Below are positions 34,583-44,457 of a stretch of 53,058 nt of DNA, piece by piece (positions within the stretch are counted from its first letter, which is position 1; each line of letters starts with the position of its first letter). Made by a program: the position numbers and the translations under genes. Under the pieces are notes generated by a model, which had not been told where the DNA came from, ran no database searches, and saw nothing but the letters and a program-made list of their open reading frames with translations. The stretch is from Salinivirgaceae bacterium (GTDB lineage Bacteria > Bacteroidota > Bacteroidia > Bacteroidales > SZUA-534): the NCBI GenBank assembly GCA_024405635.1, contig JAKSOL010000022.1, forward strand, positions 1 to 53,058, given 5' to 3'.

Positions 34583-35491
34583 CTATGCTTTATTGTTAGT
34601 GAGTAGGTGAAAAGAGTCTTCGAGTGATGTTTGTTTTTGTTGCATTGCTAACACAGTCAGGTTGTTACGTACTGCGTAGTTGAACAATTCGGGTCTAATG
34701 TCAATATCTTTGTTTGTACTGATTTGATACACGAAATTGTTCATTTTGTTGACTGCCATTACTCCGTTTATTTGTTGAATAGCGTCAATATTGGCTTCGG
34801 ATCCAAATTCAACTTCAACTATTTGGCACTCGGCTGTAGTTTGCTGAATATCAGTTGTTGCACCATTAGCTACTAGTTGGCCACGATTTATTATTGCAAT
34901 TTGGTTGCAAATGGCCTGAACTTCTTGCATAATGTGTGTTGACAGGATTATTGTTTTGTCGGTGCCCAAACCTTTTATTAACTCTCGTATTTCAATTATT
35001 TGATTTGGATCAAGTCCTGTTGTTGGCTCGTCAAGAATAAGCACTTTAGGGTTGTGGATAATGGCTTGAGCTATTCCAACTCGTTGTTTATAGCCTTTTG
35101 AAAGGGCGCCAATTATTTTGCTGCATTCAAGTTGCAAACCTGTGCTTTCAATTACCTCGTCAACACGTTGTTTTTTGTTTTTTATGCCATAAATATCTGC
35201 TACAAATTGCAGATATTCACGAACATACATGTCTAAATAAAGAGGATTATTTTCAGGTAAATAGCCTATTAGTTGTCGAACATCGTTTTCGGCTACATTA
35301 ATGCCTTCAACATATACGTTGCCATTAGTAGGTGGAATCAAACCTGTGATAATTTTCATTAAGGTAGATTTGCCAGCACCATTCGGCCCCAAAAAGCCTA
35401 CAATTTTGCCAGTTTCTACATTAAAACTAACATTGTTGAGGGCTTTTTGTTCGCCGTATATTTTGGTAATATGTTCGATGCTAATGCCCAC
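34583..35491 (-). CDS. gldA: Gliding-motility-associated ABC transporter ATP-binding protein GldA-like
   Basis: KIYGEQKALN, GPNGAGKST, GYLPENNPLYLDMYVREYL, LSKGYKQRVG and DEPTTGLDPNQ. Confidence 0.8.
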   Translation of the reverse strand: MGISIEHITKIYGEQKALNNVSFNVETGKIVGFLGPNGAGKSTLMKIITGLIPPTNGNVYVEGINVAENDVRQLIGYLPENNPLYLDMYVREYLQFVADIYGIKNKKQRVDEVIESTGLQLECSKIIGALSKGYKQRVGIAQAIIHNPKVLILDEPTTGLDPNQIIEIRELIKGLGTDKTIILSTHIMQEVQAICNQIAIINRGQLVANGATTDIQQTTAECQIVEVEFGSEANIDAIQQINGVMAVNKMNNFVYQISTNKDIDIRPELFNYAVRNNLTVLAMQQKQTSLEDSFHLLTNNKA

Positions 35492-35923
35492 TTATTTGCA
35501 AGCTATTTTGTCGATGCGACGTTGATGACGACCGCCTTCGAAGTCAGTTGTAAGGAAAGTGTCAACAATCTCTTTTGCAAGGTCGACAGAGATGAAACGG
35601 GCAGGAATAGCGCATACATTTGCATTGTTGTGCTGGCGAGCTAGTGCAGCAATTTCTGTAGTCCAGCACAATGCTGAGCGTATGCCTTGATGCTTATTAG
35701 CAGTAATGTTAATACCGTTTCCGCTGCCGCAAAGTGTAATGCCTAAGTCAAATTTACCTTGTTCAACAGCCTCAGCAAGAGGGTGTGCAACATCAGGATA
35801 ATCCATGCTCTCAGGAGAGTTGGTTCCGTAGTCGGTAATTGTGTGTCCTTTTCCTTTCAAGTATTCAACAAGAATCTGTTTTGTTTCAAATCCAGCGTGA
35901 TCGCTAGCAATAGCTAAGTTCAT
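35492..35923 (-). CDS. rpiB: Ribose-5-phosphate isomerase B
   Basis: SDHAG, CGSGNG, ARQHNNANV and FEGGRHQRR. Confidence 0.98.
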   Translation of the reverse strand: MNLAIASDHAGFETKQILVEYLKGKGHTITDYGTNSPESMDYPDVAHPLAEAVEQGKFDLGITLCGSGNGINITANKHQGIRSALCWTTEIAALARQHNNANVCAIPARFISVDLAKEIVDTFLTTDFEGGRHQRRIDKIACK

Positions 35924-35989
35924 AGTAGTAGTGTTTTTTTTAATTGTTCAAAAGTATTAAACAACCCCAATTCTGCAAAGTGCTTTTTT

Positions 35990-36958
35990 CTATCTCTTTC
36001 GCCATCGTTTAAGTCCAAGTGCAATTTTCATTGCTTTGCTCCATGTTTTTTGAACTTGAACATATTGTTTTGCTTTTGATCCAAATTTCTGGTAAAAATT
36101 AGCAATACCTTCGTCCATACTTCCTTCAAAATCAAAAGTTTGTACTTTGTTTGATACGCGTTTAATGGCTTCCCAAACCATTAGTGCAGAAGCTCCTGAT
36201 TTGCTGTATGTGGGATTGTATATTGGTGTTAAGAAATAGGCTGTTGTTTTGTCCCAAACGTAAAATAGGCAAGCGTTAATGTTTCCCTCAGAGTCGTTTA
36301 CACATATAATTTCACCTTGGTTGCGCACAATTGCCTGTTGGCATAGGTTTACAAACACTTGGCGGTTAAGTTCGCTTTTGCGGTTTCGTTTGGCAAGGAA
36401 TTGGCAGTGTAAGTTGTAAAACTCATCGGCTGTAATGCTGTTAATGCTTGTTGATAGTTGTTTTTCGGCATTGCGTATCTGTCTTTGCTTGCTTGTCGAA
36501 AATTCAGCAAACACTTTGTCTAGTGCGTTTATGTTTTCAATTATATAAGTAATGCGTGTTTTGATGCGATAGCCTTTGCTTAAAAAGGCATCGCAATTAT
36601 CAAATTGGCTATCAAAATTCTGCTCAAATACGCTTAGTTTTAAAGTTTCAATTTGCTCCAATATGTTGTTGATAGCTTGCGTTTTAAGCAATTGTTTTTG
36701 TTCGCAAGTGGAATTTTGGGGATAAAAGAAATGTAGTTGGTAACACTGTAAAAGGGTTGGTTGCAGCACGTAGGTAAACAAACTTTTTTTGCCTATTACA
36801 TACGGCATGGTGGCAATAATTGATCCTTGGTCATTACGAGCAATAATTACGTCCCATTTTCTATTGCCAGCAATAGCATCTATCCACCAATATTGCGAAA
36901 AGAGTGAAATATCAGTATGCTGTTCGCACAGGTTTTTATATATCTGTTTGTTGTCCAT
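35990..36958 (-). CDS. GNAT/FemAB-like acyltransferase (start trimmed to ATG at 36958)
   Basis: LFSQYWWID, KQRQIRNAEK, GASALMVWEAIK and FDFEGSM...FYQKFG. Confidence 0.8.
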   Translation of the reverse strand: MDNKQIYKNLCEQHTDISLFSQYWWIDAIAGNRKWDVIIARNDQGSIIATMPYVIGKKSLFTYVLQPTLLQCYQLHFFYPQNSTCEQKQLLKTQAINNILEQIETLKLSVFEQNFDSQFDNCDAFLSKGYRIKTRITYIIENINALDKVFAEFSTSKQRQIRNAEKQLSTSINSITADEFYNLHCQFLAKRNRKSELNRQVFVNLCQQAIVRNQGEIICVNDSEGNINACLFYVWDKTTAYFLTPIYNPTYSKSGASALMVWEAIKRVSNKVQTFDFEGSMDEGIANFYQKFGSKAKQYVQVQKTWSKAMKIALGLKRWRKR

Positions 36959-36970
36959 AGCGTAAACATA

Positions 36971-37007
36971 CAAAAAAACAAAGGCCACCAAAAATTGGCA
37001 GCCTTTG
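36971..37007 (-). terminator. Intrinsic terminator after the PpiD-like gene
   Basis: CAAAGGC..CCAA / TTGG..GCCTTTG stem with an adjacent A-tract (U-tract on minus). Confidence 0.65.
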
Positions 37008-37030
37008 CATTTTTATTTCAATGTTTAGAT

Positions 37031-39136
37031 TTAGTAGAAAAGCGAACGATTGTCTTCAACATCTGAAGCATCGCTTACAGCTTGGAATAATTGATAAGTG
37101 ATGCGTTGCATGTTGGTGCGAGCAATGTTAGAGCGCTCTTGTGCTACAGTAGCAACATTTATATCAGCATCTTCAACACTGCTTACTTGAATTAAGTAAA
37201 CACCCAAGTTGCCAGCAATAGGCTCGCTAATTTGTTGAGCATCCATTTGGGTCATCTCAGCTTGAACTTTTGGTTCAACGCCAATGCTTGGCATTGAGAA
37301 AGATGAGAAGTTTGCAGCGGTTGCAGATTTAAGTGTTGTGCCCATTTTGTCGGCAACTGATTGTAGAGTTGATGCCCCTTGTTTAGCTTCGTTAAGTTGT
37401 TTACTCAAAATTTCAGCTTTTTTAGCTGAAATAACTTCGCGAACAACCAAGTCTTGAACTTCTTCAAATGTTGCAACACCTTCTTTGTGAATTCCGGTAA
37501 CAATGGCTACAACATATTGTTCTTCCATGTCAAAGATTTCAGAAATCTCACCAACTTTTGCTTTGTATGCCCAACGGATAATTTGACGTGGATTTTCAAA
37601 GTTTGCCAATCGACGGTCGTTTTGTCTGATTTGAGCAGCGCGAGCAAGTAACATTTCAGCATTAGCATTTGCGCGGAAATTTTCAACACTATTGCTATTG
37701 ATGCCAAATTTGCTTGCTTGAGCATAAATGCCATCAACAGTTTTTGAACTTGCAGTAATGCGGCTCTCAATAATTGCAACTTTAGCTTTTGCTTTAGCTG
37801 CAGTTTGGTCAACTATTTCAATTACATGGTAACCATATTGAGTTTCAGCAATTACTTTGTCGCCTTTTTTGCCTTTAAAGCAAGCATCGTTAAATGGTTG
37901 AACCATTACACCTTCTTCAAACCAACCCAAATCGCCACCTTCTTCAGCTGAACCTTGGTCTGCTGAGAATTTTTTAGCCAACTCAGCAAAGTTGCCACCT
38001 TTTTTAACTACAGCTAAAATGCTGTCGGCTTTTGCTTTAGCAGCTTCTTTTGAAAGAGTAGCAGTTGGTTGAATTAAGATGTGGCGTGCTTTTACTGAAT
38101 CAGCAACTTTAACCGACTCAATTTTGCGAGCCATAAAAATGGTTCCGTTATCGTTTACTGGACCAAATACTTCGCCGTCTTTTGCATCAAATACACTATC
38201 AATAGCTGCTGGCAATTGTTGTTTGGTAAGGTATTGACCATTGAAACGAACATCAGATTCAAGGTTTACAAATTGCTCAACAGCTTCGGTTGCTGCAAAT
38301 TCTTTTTTCAAATCGGCCATTTTTTTCATGCTCATCACAACGTCTTCTTCTGAAGCTATCATTGGGAATGATACGTATAAAATGTCGCGAGATTCTTCTT
38401 GTTTGTAGTCGTCTTTGTGGCTGTTGTAGTATGCTTTTAAATCGCCGTTTGTGTATTTTGCAACACTATCTGCTAGCGAAGTGTAGCGCATTTGAACATA
38501 ATCAACATTGTATTTTTTGTTTTTTGCAACCAATTCGTTTTCGGCTTGCAATGCTGTAACAAACAAACCTTTGCTAACTGCAACGGCATATTTTTGATCA
38601 AGGCGATTTTGCATTAGTTGTTTTTCAAATTCAGCCCACGATGCTGCTGCTTCTCCGCTTGGATCAAGATCTTTGCTCTTAAGGAATTGAATAACCAAGT
38701 TGCGGTCAAATTGACCATCTTGGTTTGTAAAAATTGGAATTTGGCGAACTGAAGGGTCTACGTTTTCGCCTTGTACCATATCAAACAACTCTGCTGCCGA
38801 TACTTGCAAACCTAGTTTTGCATATTCTTCTTCAATTACATACATACGAACAAGTTGTTCCCATGTTTGGTCTTGAATTTGTTCAATAGTAGCTGCATCA
38901 ACTGCGGTTGTTTGGCGATTTCTTTTGTAGTTCTCGGTGTTGGCATCAACCAAGTTTTGGAAATACTGAACTGGAATTGTGTTTCCGTTAATCTCTCCTA
39001 CGTTTGCCTTTCTAGCATCACCAAAAATACCATTTGAACTGAAAAGGTCTCCTGCAATGAATGCGAACAATGCCAATGCAATAATTACGGTTACTAATTT
39101 ACCAGCATTGTCACGAATCTTCTGTAATGTTGCCAT
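37031..39136 (-). CDS. ppiD: PpiD-like peptidylprolyl isomerase (SurA-N plus parvulin domain)
   Basis: MATLQKIR followed by a TM helix; VKARHILI, FAELAKKFSAD, GGDLGWF and ETQYGYHVI. Confidence 0.88.
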   Translation of the reverse strand: MATLQKIRDNAGKLVTVIIALALFAFIAGDLFSSNGIFGDARKANVGEINGNTIPVQYFQNLVDANTENYKRNRQTTAVDAATIEQIQDQTWEQLVRMYVIEEEYAKLGLQVSAAELFDMVQGENVDPSVRQIPIFTNQDGQFDRNLVIQFLKSKDLDPSGEAAASWAEFEKQLMQNRLDQKYAVAVSKGLFVTALQAENELVAKNKKYNVDYVQMRYTSLADSVAKYTNGDLKAYYNSHKDDYKQEESRDILYVSFPMIASEEDVVMSMKKMADLKKEFAATEAVEQFVNLESDVRFNGQYLTKQQLPAAIDSVFDAKDGEVFGPVNDNGTIFMARKIESVKVADSVKARHILIQPTATLSKEAAKAKADSILAVVKKGGNFAELAKKFSADQGSAEEGGDLGWFEEGVMVQPFNDACFKGKKGDKVIAETQYGYHVIEIVDQTAAKAKAKVAIIESRITASSKTVDGIYAQASKFGINSNSVENFRANANAEMLLARAAQIRQNDRRLANFENPRQIIRWAYKAKVGEISEIFDMEEQYVVAIVTGIHKEGVATFEEVQDLVVREVISAKKAEILSKQLNEAKQGASTLQSVADKMGTTLKSATAANFSSFSMPSIGVEPKVQAEMTQMDAQQISEPIAGNLGVYLIQVSSVEDADINVATVAQERSNIARTNMQRITYQLFQAVSDASDVEDNRSLFY

Positions 39137-39428
39137 TTGATAATTATTCTAATTAATGATTATTCAATTTTTTCGAGCGACGAATATAATGATTTGTTGC
39201 ATAACAAAACCAAAAAAACATTATTTACCAATCGGTATGTAAAATATTGAATACCAATTTGTTGCAAATACATTATGTATTAAAAAAAGCCGTTTATATT
39301 GTCATTTGCTATATAATATAGGTATGCTATTGCAATATTTTGGCTTTAATTGAGTATTGCAATGGTTGGTTTTAGATAGTTGTACCTTTTTAATAGGTTA
39401 TTAGTGCTAAGACAAAGTTAGCAGTAGC

Positions 39429-40214
39429 TTATTTCTTTTTTAGCACTTCGGTTTTTGTGTCAAAATTCAAATAGTAACTATCGGGTCCCAATTTTGTTGT
39501 GTTTATTTTGGTGCCCAATCCTTTTTCAATCAACACTCCTTTGCTATTATATAGTTCGTACATAGTTTCAGCCGAGAATGTAATTTCGTTAAATGGTTTA
39601 ACAAACGCATACGATATTTCGGCTTTCATTGACCGATGCTTAACCTCTTTACCATAGCGAGGTTTGCGTGTGTAATCTATTTGTTTTACACGGAAACGAT
39701 TGTATCCTGAAGTTACGTTTACTTCTGTTGAGTAATTGTTTGATCCAGGTGTTCCTTTACCATCAACTGTAGCAACTTTTATCCATTTGTTCCAACGAAA
39801 TTGTTCAACAATGAATGGAAGCGAGCCGCTTTCGCCGTTAGTAGTCCAAGTTAGTTTACTATCGTTTACAACTTTTATGGTTGAGACATTGAATGTGCTT
39901 TGGGGCTTAAGTACTTCTGGATTAACAATTTTTGGGGTTGAACTTTCGTGGTGTTTAATAACAATTTCAACCTTATCGCCTTTGGTTAGTTCAAATTTTG
40001 AAAGGTCAATTTCAAAAGCACTTGAGTTGATATCGTCGGTGGTGGCGGTGCCGTTAACTATTACACCTGTAACTGTGTAGCCTGTGCCCGATGCAACGAA
40101 TGGGTTCATTACATATACGTTTTCGCCTTGGTAAACTCCCGATATTTTTAATTCTTCGGCCCAAGAACTTAAGCAACATATTACGGCAATAACTATTGAT
40201 ATAGCTTTTTTCAT
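39429..40214 (-). CDS. Secreted hypothetical beta-rich protein
   Basis: Signal peptide (SWA-E); GVYQGENVYVMNP, SSAFEID and VEQFRWNKW; function unknown. Confidence 0.8.
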   Translation of the reverse strand: MKKAISIVIAVICCLSSWAEELKISGVYQGENVYVMNPFVASGTGYTVTGVIVNGTATTDDINSSAFEIDLSKFELTKGDKVEIVIKHHESSTPKIVNPEVLKPQSTFNVSTIKVVNDSKLTWTTNGESGSLPFIVEQFRWNKWIKVATVDGKGTPGSNNYSTEVNVTSGYNRFRVKQIDYTRKPRYGKEVKHRSMKAEISYAFVKPFNEITFSAETMYELYNSKGVLIEKGLGTKINTTKLGPDSYYLNFDTKTEVLKKK

Positions 40215-40336
40215 TAAATAACTATGGTAGAAATGTTTAATGAACCAAAACTAATAAAAAATAAACCCTTGTAAACAAAATTTGCTATAGTTTGTGTTGT
40301 AAGGTTAGCAATACTGCATTTTGTTTGACTAACGGC

Positions 40337-41257
40337 TTAAAATAAGTAGGCGAATTTTCTAGGCATTTTGCTTTCAAATCGCATTTCTTTTTGTGTTACA
40401 GGGTGGATGAATGTTAGCACAAGCGCGTGAAGTCCCAAACGTTGAATAGGGTTGGTTTCTGCTCCATATTTGTGGTCGCCAACAATTGGGTGGCCAATGT
40501 CTTGCATGTGAACTCTAATTTGGTTTTTTCTACCAGTTTCAAGGTTTACTTTTACCAAACTCATATTGTTTTTTGATTTAAGTACCTTGTAGTGTGTTAT
40601 AGCAAATTGTCCGCCATCGGGATTTGAGCTTGAGTAAACCTTCATATTTTCGTTTTCTTTTAAGTATGACGATATTACTCCTTCGTTTTTCTCGGGCACA
40701 CCTTCAACAATTGCTAGGTATGTACGTTCAACTACGGTTTGTTTCCAGTTTTCTTGTAGTTGTTTCTTTATTTTTTCACTTTTAGCAAATACCATCATAC
40801 CTGATGTTTCGCGGTCGAGACGGTGAACTACAAAAATCTTGTTGCTTGGTTTTTGTTTTTTTACGTGGCTACTCAATAGCGAAAAAATTGTCATTTGGCG
40901 TTTGCCATCGGCCGATACGCTTAGCATTCCCGAGTGCTTTTCAACAACAATTAGGTGTTCATCTTCAAACACAATGTTCATTCCTGGGTAGCCGGTTTCT
41001 TTTGGCTTTTTGTAGGTGCTTATTGTTACAACGTCGCCAGGGTTGAGAGGGTGGTTGTATTGGCTTATGTTTTCGTTGTTTACGTAAACTTGTTTGTTGG
41101 TAAGCAGGGTTTTTATATTGTTTCGGTTCTTGTTAGGCAAACTTTCAATCAAAAAGGACATTAGTTCAGCGGGTTGCTTTACTTTAAGAGGTTCAAAGTG
41201 TATGCCGCGTGGGCGTCCTTTTTTGCGTGGTAATGGTTGTTGTTCGTCGTTTCGCAT
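40337..41257 (-). CDS. RluA/RluD-family pseudouridine synthase with S4 domain
   Basis: VHRLDRETSG, LETGRKNQIRVH, IVGDHKYG and RLGLHA. Confidence 0.95.
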   Translation of the reverse strand: MRNDEQQPLPRKKGRPRGIHFEPLKVKQPAELMSFLIESLPNKNRNNIKTLLTNKQVYVNNENISQYNHPLNPGDVVTISTYKKPKETGYPGMNIVFEDEHLIVVEKHSGMLSVSADGKRQMTIFSLLSSHVKKQKPSNKIFVVHRLDRETSGMMVFAKSEKIKKQLQENWKQTVVERTYLAIVEGVPEKNEGVISSYLKENENMKVYSSSNPDGGQFAITHYKVLKSKNNMSLVKVNLETGRKNQIRVHMQDIGHPIVGDHKYGAETNPIQRLGLHALVLTFIHPVTQKEMRFESKMPRKFAYLF

Positions 41258-41270
41258 ATTGATATAAATG

Positions 41271-41299
41271 AAAAAGAGGAAGTTTTTCGGCTTCCTCTT
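41271..41299 (-). terminator. Intrinsic terminator after queA
   Basis: AAGAGGAAG/CTTCCTCTT stem with a U-tract on the minus strand. Confidence 0.75.
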
Positions 41300-41323
41300 G
41301 AGTTGTTTATTTGTTTTGTGGAA

Positions 41324-42373
41324 TTACAAAATAAGCATAGCGTCGCCGTAAGCACCAAAGCGGTAGCCTTCTTTTACAGCTTCGTTGTATGCTTCCATTA
41401 CGGTGTTGTATCCGCCAAATGCCGCTACGGTCATTAGTAATATTGATTGTGGCAAGTGGAAGTTTGATACCAATGCTGATGCAACGCTAAAGTCGTATGG
41501 AGGGAAAATAAATTTGTTGGTCCAACCGTCAAATGGTTTTAAAAATCCATAGGTTGAAACTGAACTTTCAATGGCGCGCATTGTTGTAGTGCCAACGGCG
41601 CAAACTTTTTTATTAGCCTCTTTTGCTTTATTTACTGTATTGGCAGCCTCTTCTGGAATAATTACTTGTTCCGAGTCGGTTTTATGTTTAGTAAGATCTT
41701 CAACATCGACTGGGCGGAAGTTGCCTAAGCCAATGTGTAGTGTAAGTTCTGCAAAGTCAACACCTTTAATTTCAAAGCGTTTCAACAACTCGCGGCTAAA
41801 GTGCATTCCTGCGGTTGGAGCTGCTACAGCGCCTTCGTGCTTTGCGTATATTGTTTGGTAGCGCAATGCGTCTTCTGGTTCGCAAGGGCGGTTAATGTAG
41901 CGTGGTAGTGGAGTTTCGCCAAGCGAGTATAGTGTTTGTTTAAATTCTTCGTATGGACCATCGAATAAGAATCGCAATGTGCGGCCTCGTGATGTTGTGT
42001 TGTCAATTACTTCAGCTACAAGTGAGTCGTCTTCGCCAAAATATAGTTTGTTGCCTATGCGAATTTTACGTGCAGGGTCAACCAATACATCCCAAAGGCG
42101 TTGTTCGTGGTTTAGTTCGCGAAGAAGAAAAACCTCAATTCGGGCTCCGGTTTTTTCTTTGTTACCATCGAGACGAGCTGGAAATACTTTGGTGTTGTTA
42201 AAGATGAAAGCATCGCCCTCGTCAAAGTATTCAAGAATGTCTTTAAAAATGCGGTGCTCAATTTTGCCAGTTGCGCGGTTAACAACCATAAGGCGCGATT
42301 CGTCGCGGTTTTCGGTTGGATATTGAGCAATCTGCCCTTCAGGCAATTTGTAGTTGAACTGTGATAATTTCAT
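41324..42373 (-). CDS. queA: S-adenosylmethionine:tRNA ribosyltransferase-isomerase (start trimmed to 42373)
   Basis: [37 protein letters not shown] and YGDAMLIL. Confidence 0.98.
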   Translation of the reverse strand: MKLSQFNYKLPEGQIAQYPTENRDESRLMVVNRATGKIEHRIFKDILEYFDEGDAFIFNNTKVFPARLDGNKEKTGARIEVFLLRELNHEQRLWDVLVDPARKIRIGNKLYFGEDDSLVAEVIDNTTSRGRTLRFLFDGPYEEFKQTLYSLGETPLPRYINRPCEPEDALRYQTIYAKHEGAVAAPTAGMHFSRELLKRFEIKGVDFAELTLHIGLGNFRPVDVEDLTKHKTDSEQVIIPEEAANTVNKAKEANKKVCAVGTTTMRAIESSVSTYGFLKPFDGWTNKFIFPPYDFSVASALVSNFHLPQSILLMTVAAFGGYNTVMEAYNEAVKEGYRFGAYGDAMLIL

Positions 42374-42438
42374 CAGATATATGTTTGAGTATAAATAAAT
42401 CACAACAATTGGCGCGGTTTGCTCTCATTTTGAGCAGA

Positions 42439-43176
42439 CTACGCCATAATCGGTGGCAAATTTTTTATAAATTTTTCAAATTCCAATACGTCAACGGCGT
42501 TATTTACCAAAAAATTTCCGCTAGTGGTGCGACGCAATTCATAAAGAGTGGCTCCACAACCAAGTTTTTGGCCTAAATCGCGAGCAATAGAGCGTATGTA
42601 TGTCCCTTTGCTGCATCGTATGCGTGCAGTTACCATTGGCAGTTGGCTATTAATTAATTCAACTTCGGTTATGGTTATGCGCGATGGTTTGAGTTCTATT
42701 TCTTTGTTTTGGCGAGCTGCTTCGTAGGCTCTTTGACCGTCAACTTTTTTAGCCGAAAACATTGGTGGTATTTGATCTTGTTCTCCAATAAATTCGTCAA
42801 GCGCTTTTTTTACTTGTTCAATGGTTATATGTGAGCAATCGCAAGTGCTATCAACTTCGGTTTCAAGGTCAAATGAAGGAGTGGTTTTTCCTAGTTTGAA
42901 TGTGGCAATGTACTCTTTTTCAGTTGCTTGAATTTGGTCAATCAGTTTGGTATATTGACCAGTACAAACAATAAGTAACCCACTAGCTAAAGGGTCAAGA
43001 GTGCCAGCATGACCAACTTTTAGCCTTTTAACTTTCATGTATCGGCTCAAAAGGTAGCGAACTTTGTTCACTACATCGAACGATGTCCAGCGTAAAGGTT
43101 TGTCAATAAGTATAACTTGGCCTTCAGCAAAGTCATAATAATCTTTGCCGTATTCAAAAATGCGTAGGTTTTGCAT
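42439..43176 (-). CDS. truB: tRNA pseudouridine(55) synthase
   Basis: DKPLRWTSFDVV, VGHAGTLDPLASG and CSKGTYIRS. Confidence 0.98.
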   Translation of the reverse strand: MQNLRIFEYGKDYYDFAEGQVILIDKPLRWTSFDVVNKVRYLLSRYMKVKRLKVGHAGTLDPLASGLLIVCTGQYTKLIDQIQATEKEYIATFKLGKTTPSFDLETEVDSTCDCSHITIEQVKKALDEFIGEQDQIPPMFSAKKVDGQRAYEAARQNKEIELKPSRITITEVELINSQLPMVTARIRCSKGTYIRSIARDLGQKLGCGATLYELRRTTSGNFLVNNAVDVLEFEKFIKNLPPIMA

Positions 43177-43412
43177 TACTCTTTTGGTTTTTTCATAATG
43201 GCATAAATTTCAAACACAAAGCCTATAAACACCACAAATGGAGCTAAAACGATGCGTTGAAAATTGAACATCGACTCGTTGAATACTTGAGGGTCGTTGC
43301 TGCGGCCGCCTGCCATTAAAATAAAACCTAATACAATAACGGCAATGCCGATAAGTATAAGTGTGTAGTTGTGTTTGCTTAAGGCAAACTCTTTATCTTG
43401 ATTCTCTTCCAT
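43176..43412 (-). CDS. DUF3098-like small membrane protein
   Basis: NYTLILIG...GFILMAGG...RIVLAP...YAIMKKP; lies between ftsX and truB. Confidence 0.85.
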   Translation of the reverse strand: MEENQDKEFALSKHNYTLILIGIAVIVLGFILMAGGRSNDPQVFNESMFNFQRIVLAPFVVFIGFVFEIYAIMKKPKE

Positions 43413-43416
43413 AGTC

Positions 43417-44295
43417 TTAATAATATAATTCGGTACCTTTCATTCGTAAATAGCGGTTTACAGCAAACCAAGTTGAAGCCCAAACCATAACCATGCCCAA
43501 AACCAATAGTCCTCCAAATAGAACGGCTAGTGTGTCAATTTCGTATAAAATTGTGAGTTCGGGTAAGTTTTTATTTGCTAGCAAAATAACACCTCCAAGT
43601 AGAAGGTATGCTAGTAGTACACTCCAAAGTGCTTGTCCAAGTCCTTTTAAAATAAAAGGTGAGCGAACAAATGCGCGTGTAGCTCCAACAAGTTCCATGG
43701 TTTTTATCAAAAAGCGGCTTGCATAAACCGACAGACGTATGGTATTGTTAATGAGCGACAATGATATAATGAACAACATCCCGCAAAAAACCATAAGCAC
43801 AAGACTGATGCGCTTAATGTTTTGGTTTACAAGTTCAACCAACGATTTTTGGTAGGCAACTTCTTTAACTTGTTTATACTTTGATAGTTTGCTTTCTATT
43901 TTGTTGATGCTGTCTTGGTTGGCATATTCGGCGGTGAGTTTTACTTCAATTGAGGGGAGTAGAGGGTTATATCCTAAAAATGCGGTAAAATCTTCGCCAA
44001 GTTCTTCTTCCAACTCATGTGCTGCTTTTTCTTTTGATATATACTCGGTTGATCGGACAAAAACTGAAGCATCGAGGCTTTTTTGCAGACGAATCATGTC
44101 AACTTCTTTTACATCATCGTTCAAGAAAATGGTAAACCCAATGTTTTCTTTAACGTGTTCCGATATTTTGTGTGCATTGAGTATTAGAAGCCCAGCTAAA
44201 CCCACGATAAATAACACTAGCGATATGCTTATTACTGAAGTAAGGTAGGAACTGCGTAGCTGGCGTGCGGTTATTTTGTTTTCTTTTTTGCTCAT
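43417..44295 (-). CDS. ftsX: Cell division permease FtsX (start trimmed to ATG at 44295)
   Basis: TSVISISLVLF, YISKEKA, LGYNPL and LINNTIRL...MELVGAT. Confidence 0.94.
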   Translation of the reverse strand: MSKKENKITARQLRSSYLTSVISISLVLFIVGLAGLLILNAHKISEHVKENIGFTIFLNDDVKEVDMIRLQKSLDASVFVRSTEYISKEKAAHELEEELGEDFTAFLGYNPLLPSIEVKLTAEYANQDSINKIESKLSKYKQVKEVAYQKSLVELVNQNIKRISLVLMVFCGMLFIISLSLINNTIRLSVYASRFLIKTMELVGATRAFVRSPFILKGLGQALWSVLLAYLLLGGVILLANKNLPELTILYEIDTLAVLFGGLLVLGMVMVWASTWFAVNRYLRMKGTELYY

Positions 44296-44315
44296 GGTGC
44301 TTATCAAAGTTCGGG

Positions 44316-44368
44316 CAAATATAACATAACTAGTTCGTTTCTAATTACTCAATTTTAGTTAACTAGTT
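44316..44368 (-). promoter_or_regulatory. ftsX promoter with two TAACTAGTT copies
   Basis: TATATTTG at 44323-44316; palindromic AACTAGTT at 44328-44335 and 44361-44368. Confidence 0.5.
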
Positions 44369-44421
44369 GTATGAAGTGGAAGTGAAACGAAAATGGCTGT
44401 TCAAATATTTTTACTCAAGGC

Positions 44422-44444
44422 AAAAAAAAACTCGTTAATGCGAG
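44422..44444 (-). terminator. Putative terminator after ispG
   Basis: Short CTCG/CGAG stem followed by T9 on the minus strand. Confidence 0.5.
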
Positions 44445-44457
44445 GGCTTTACAATTA

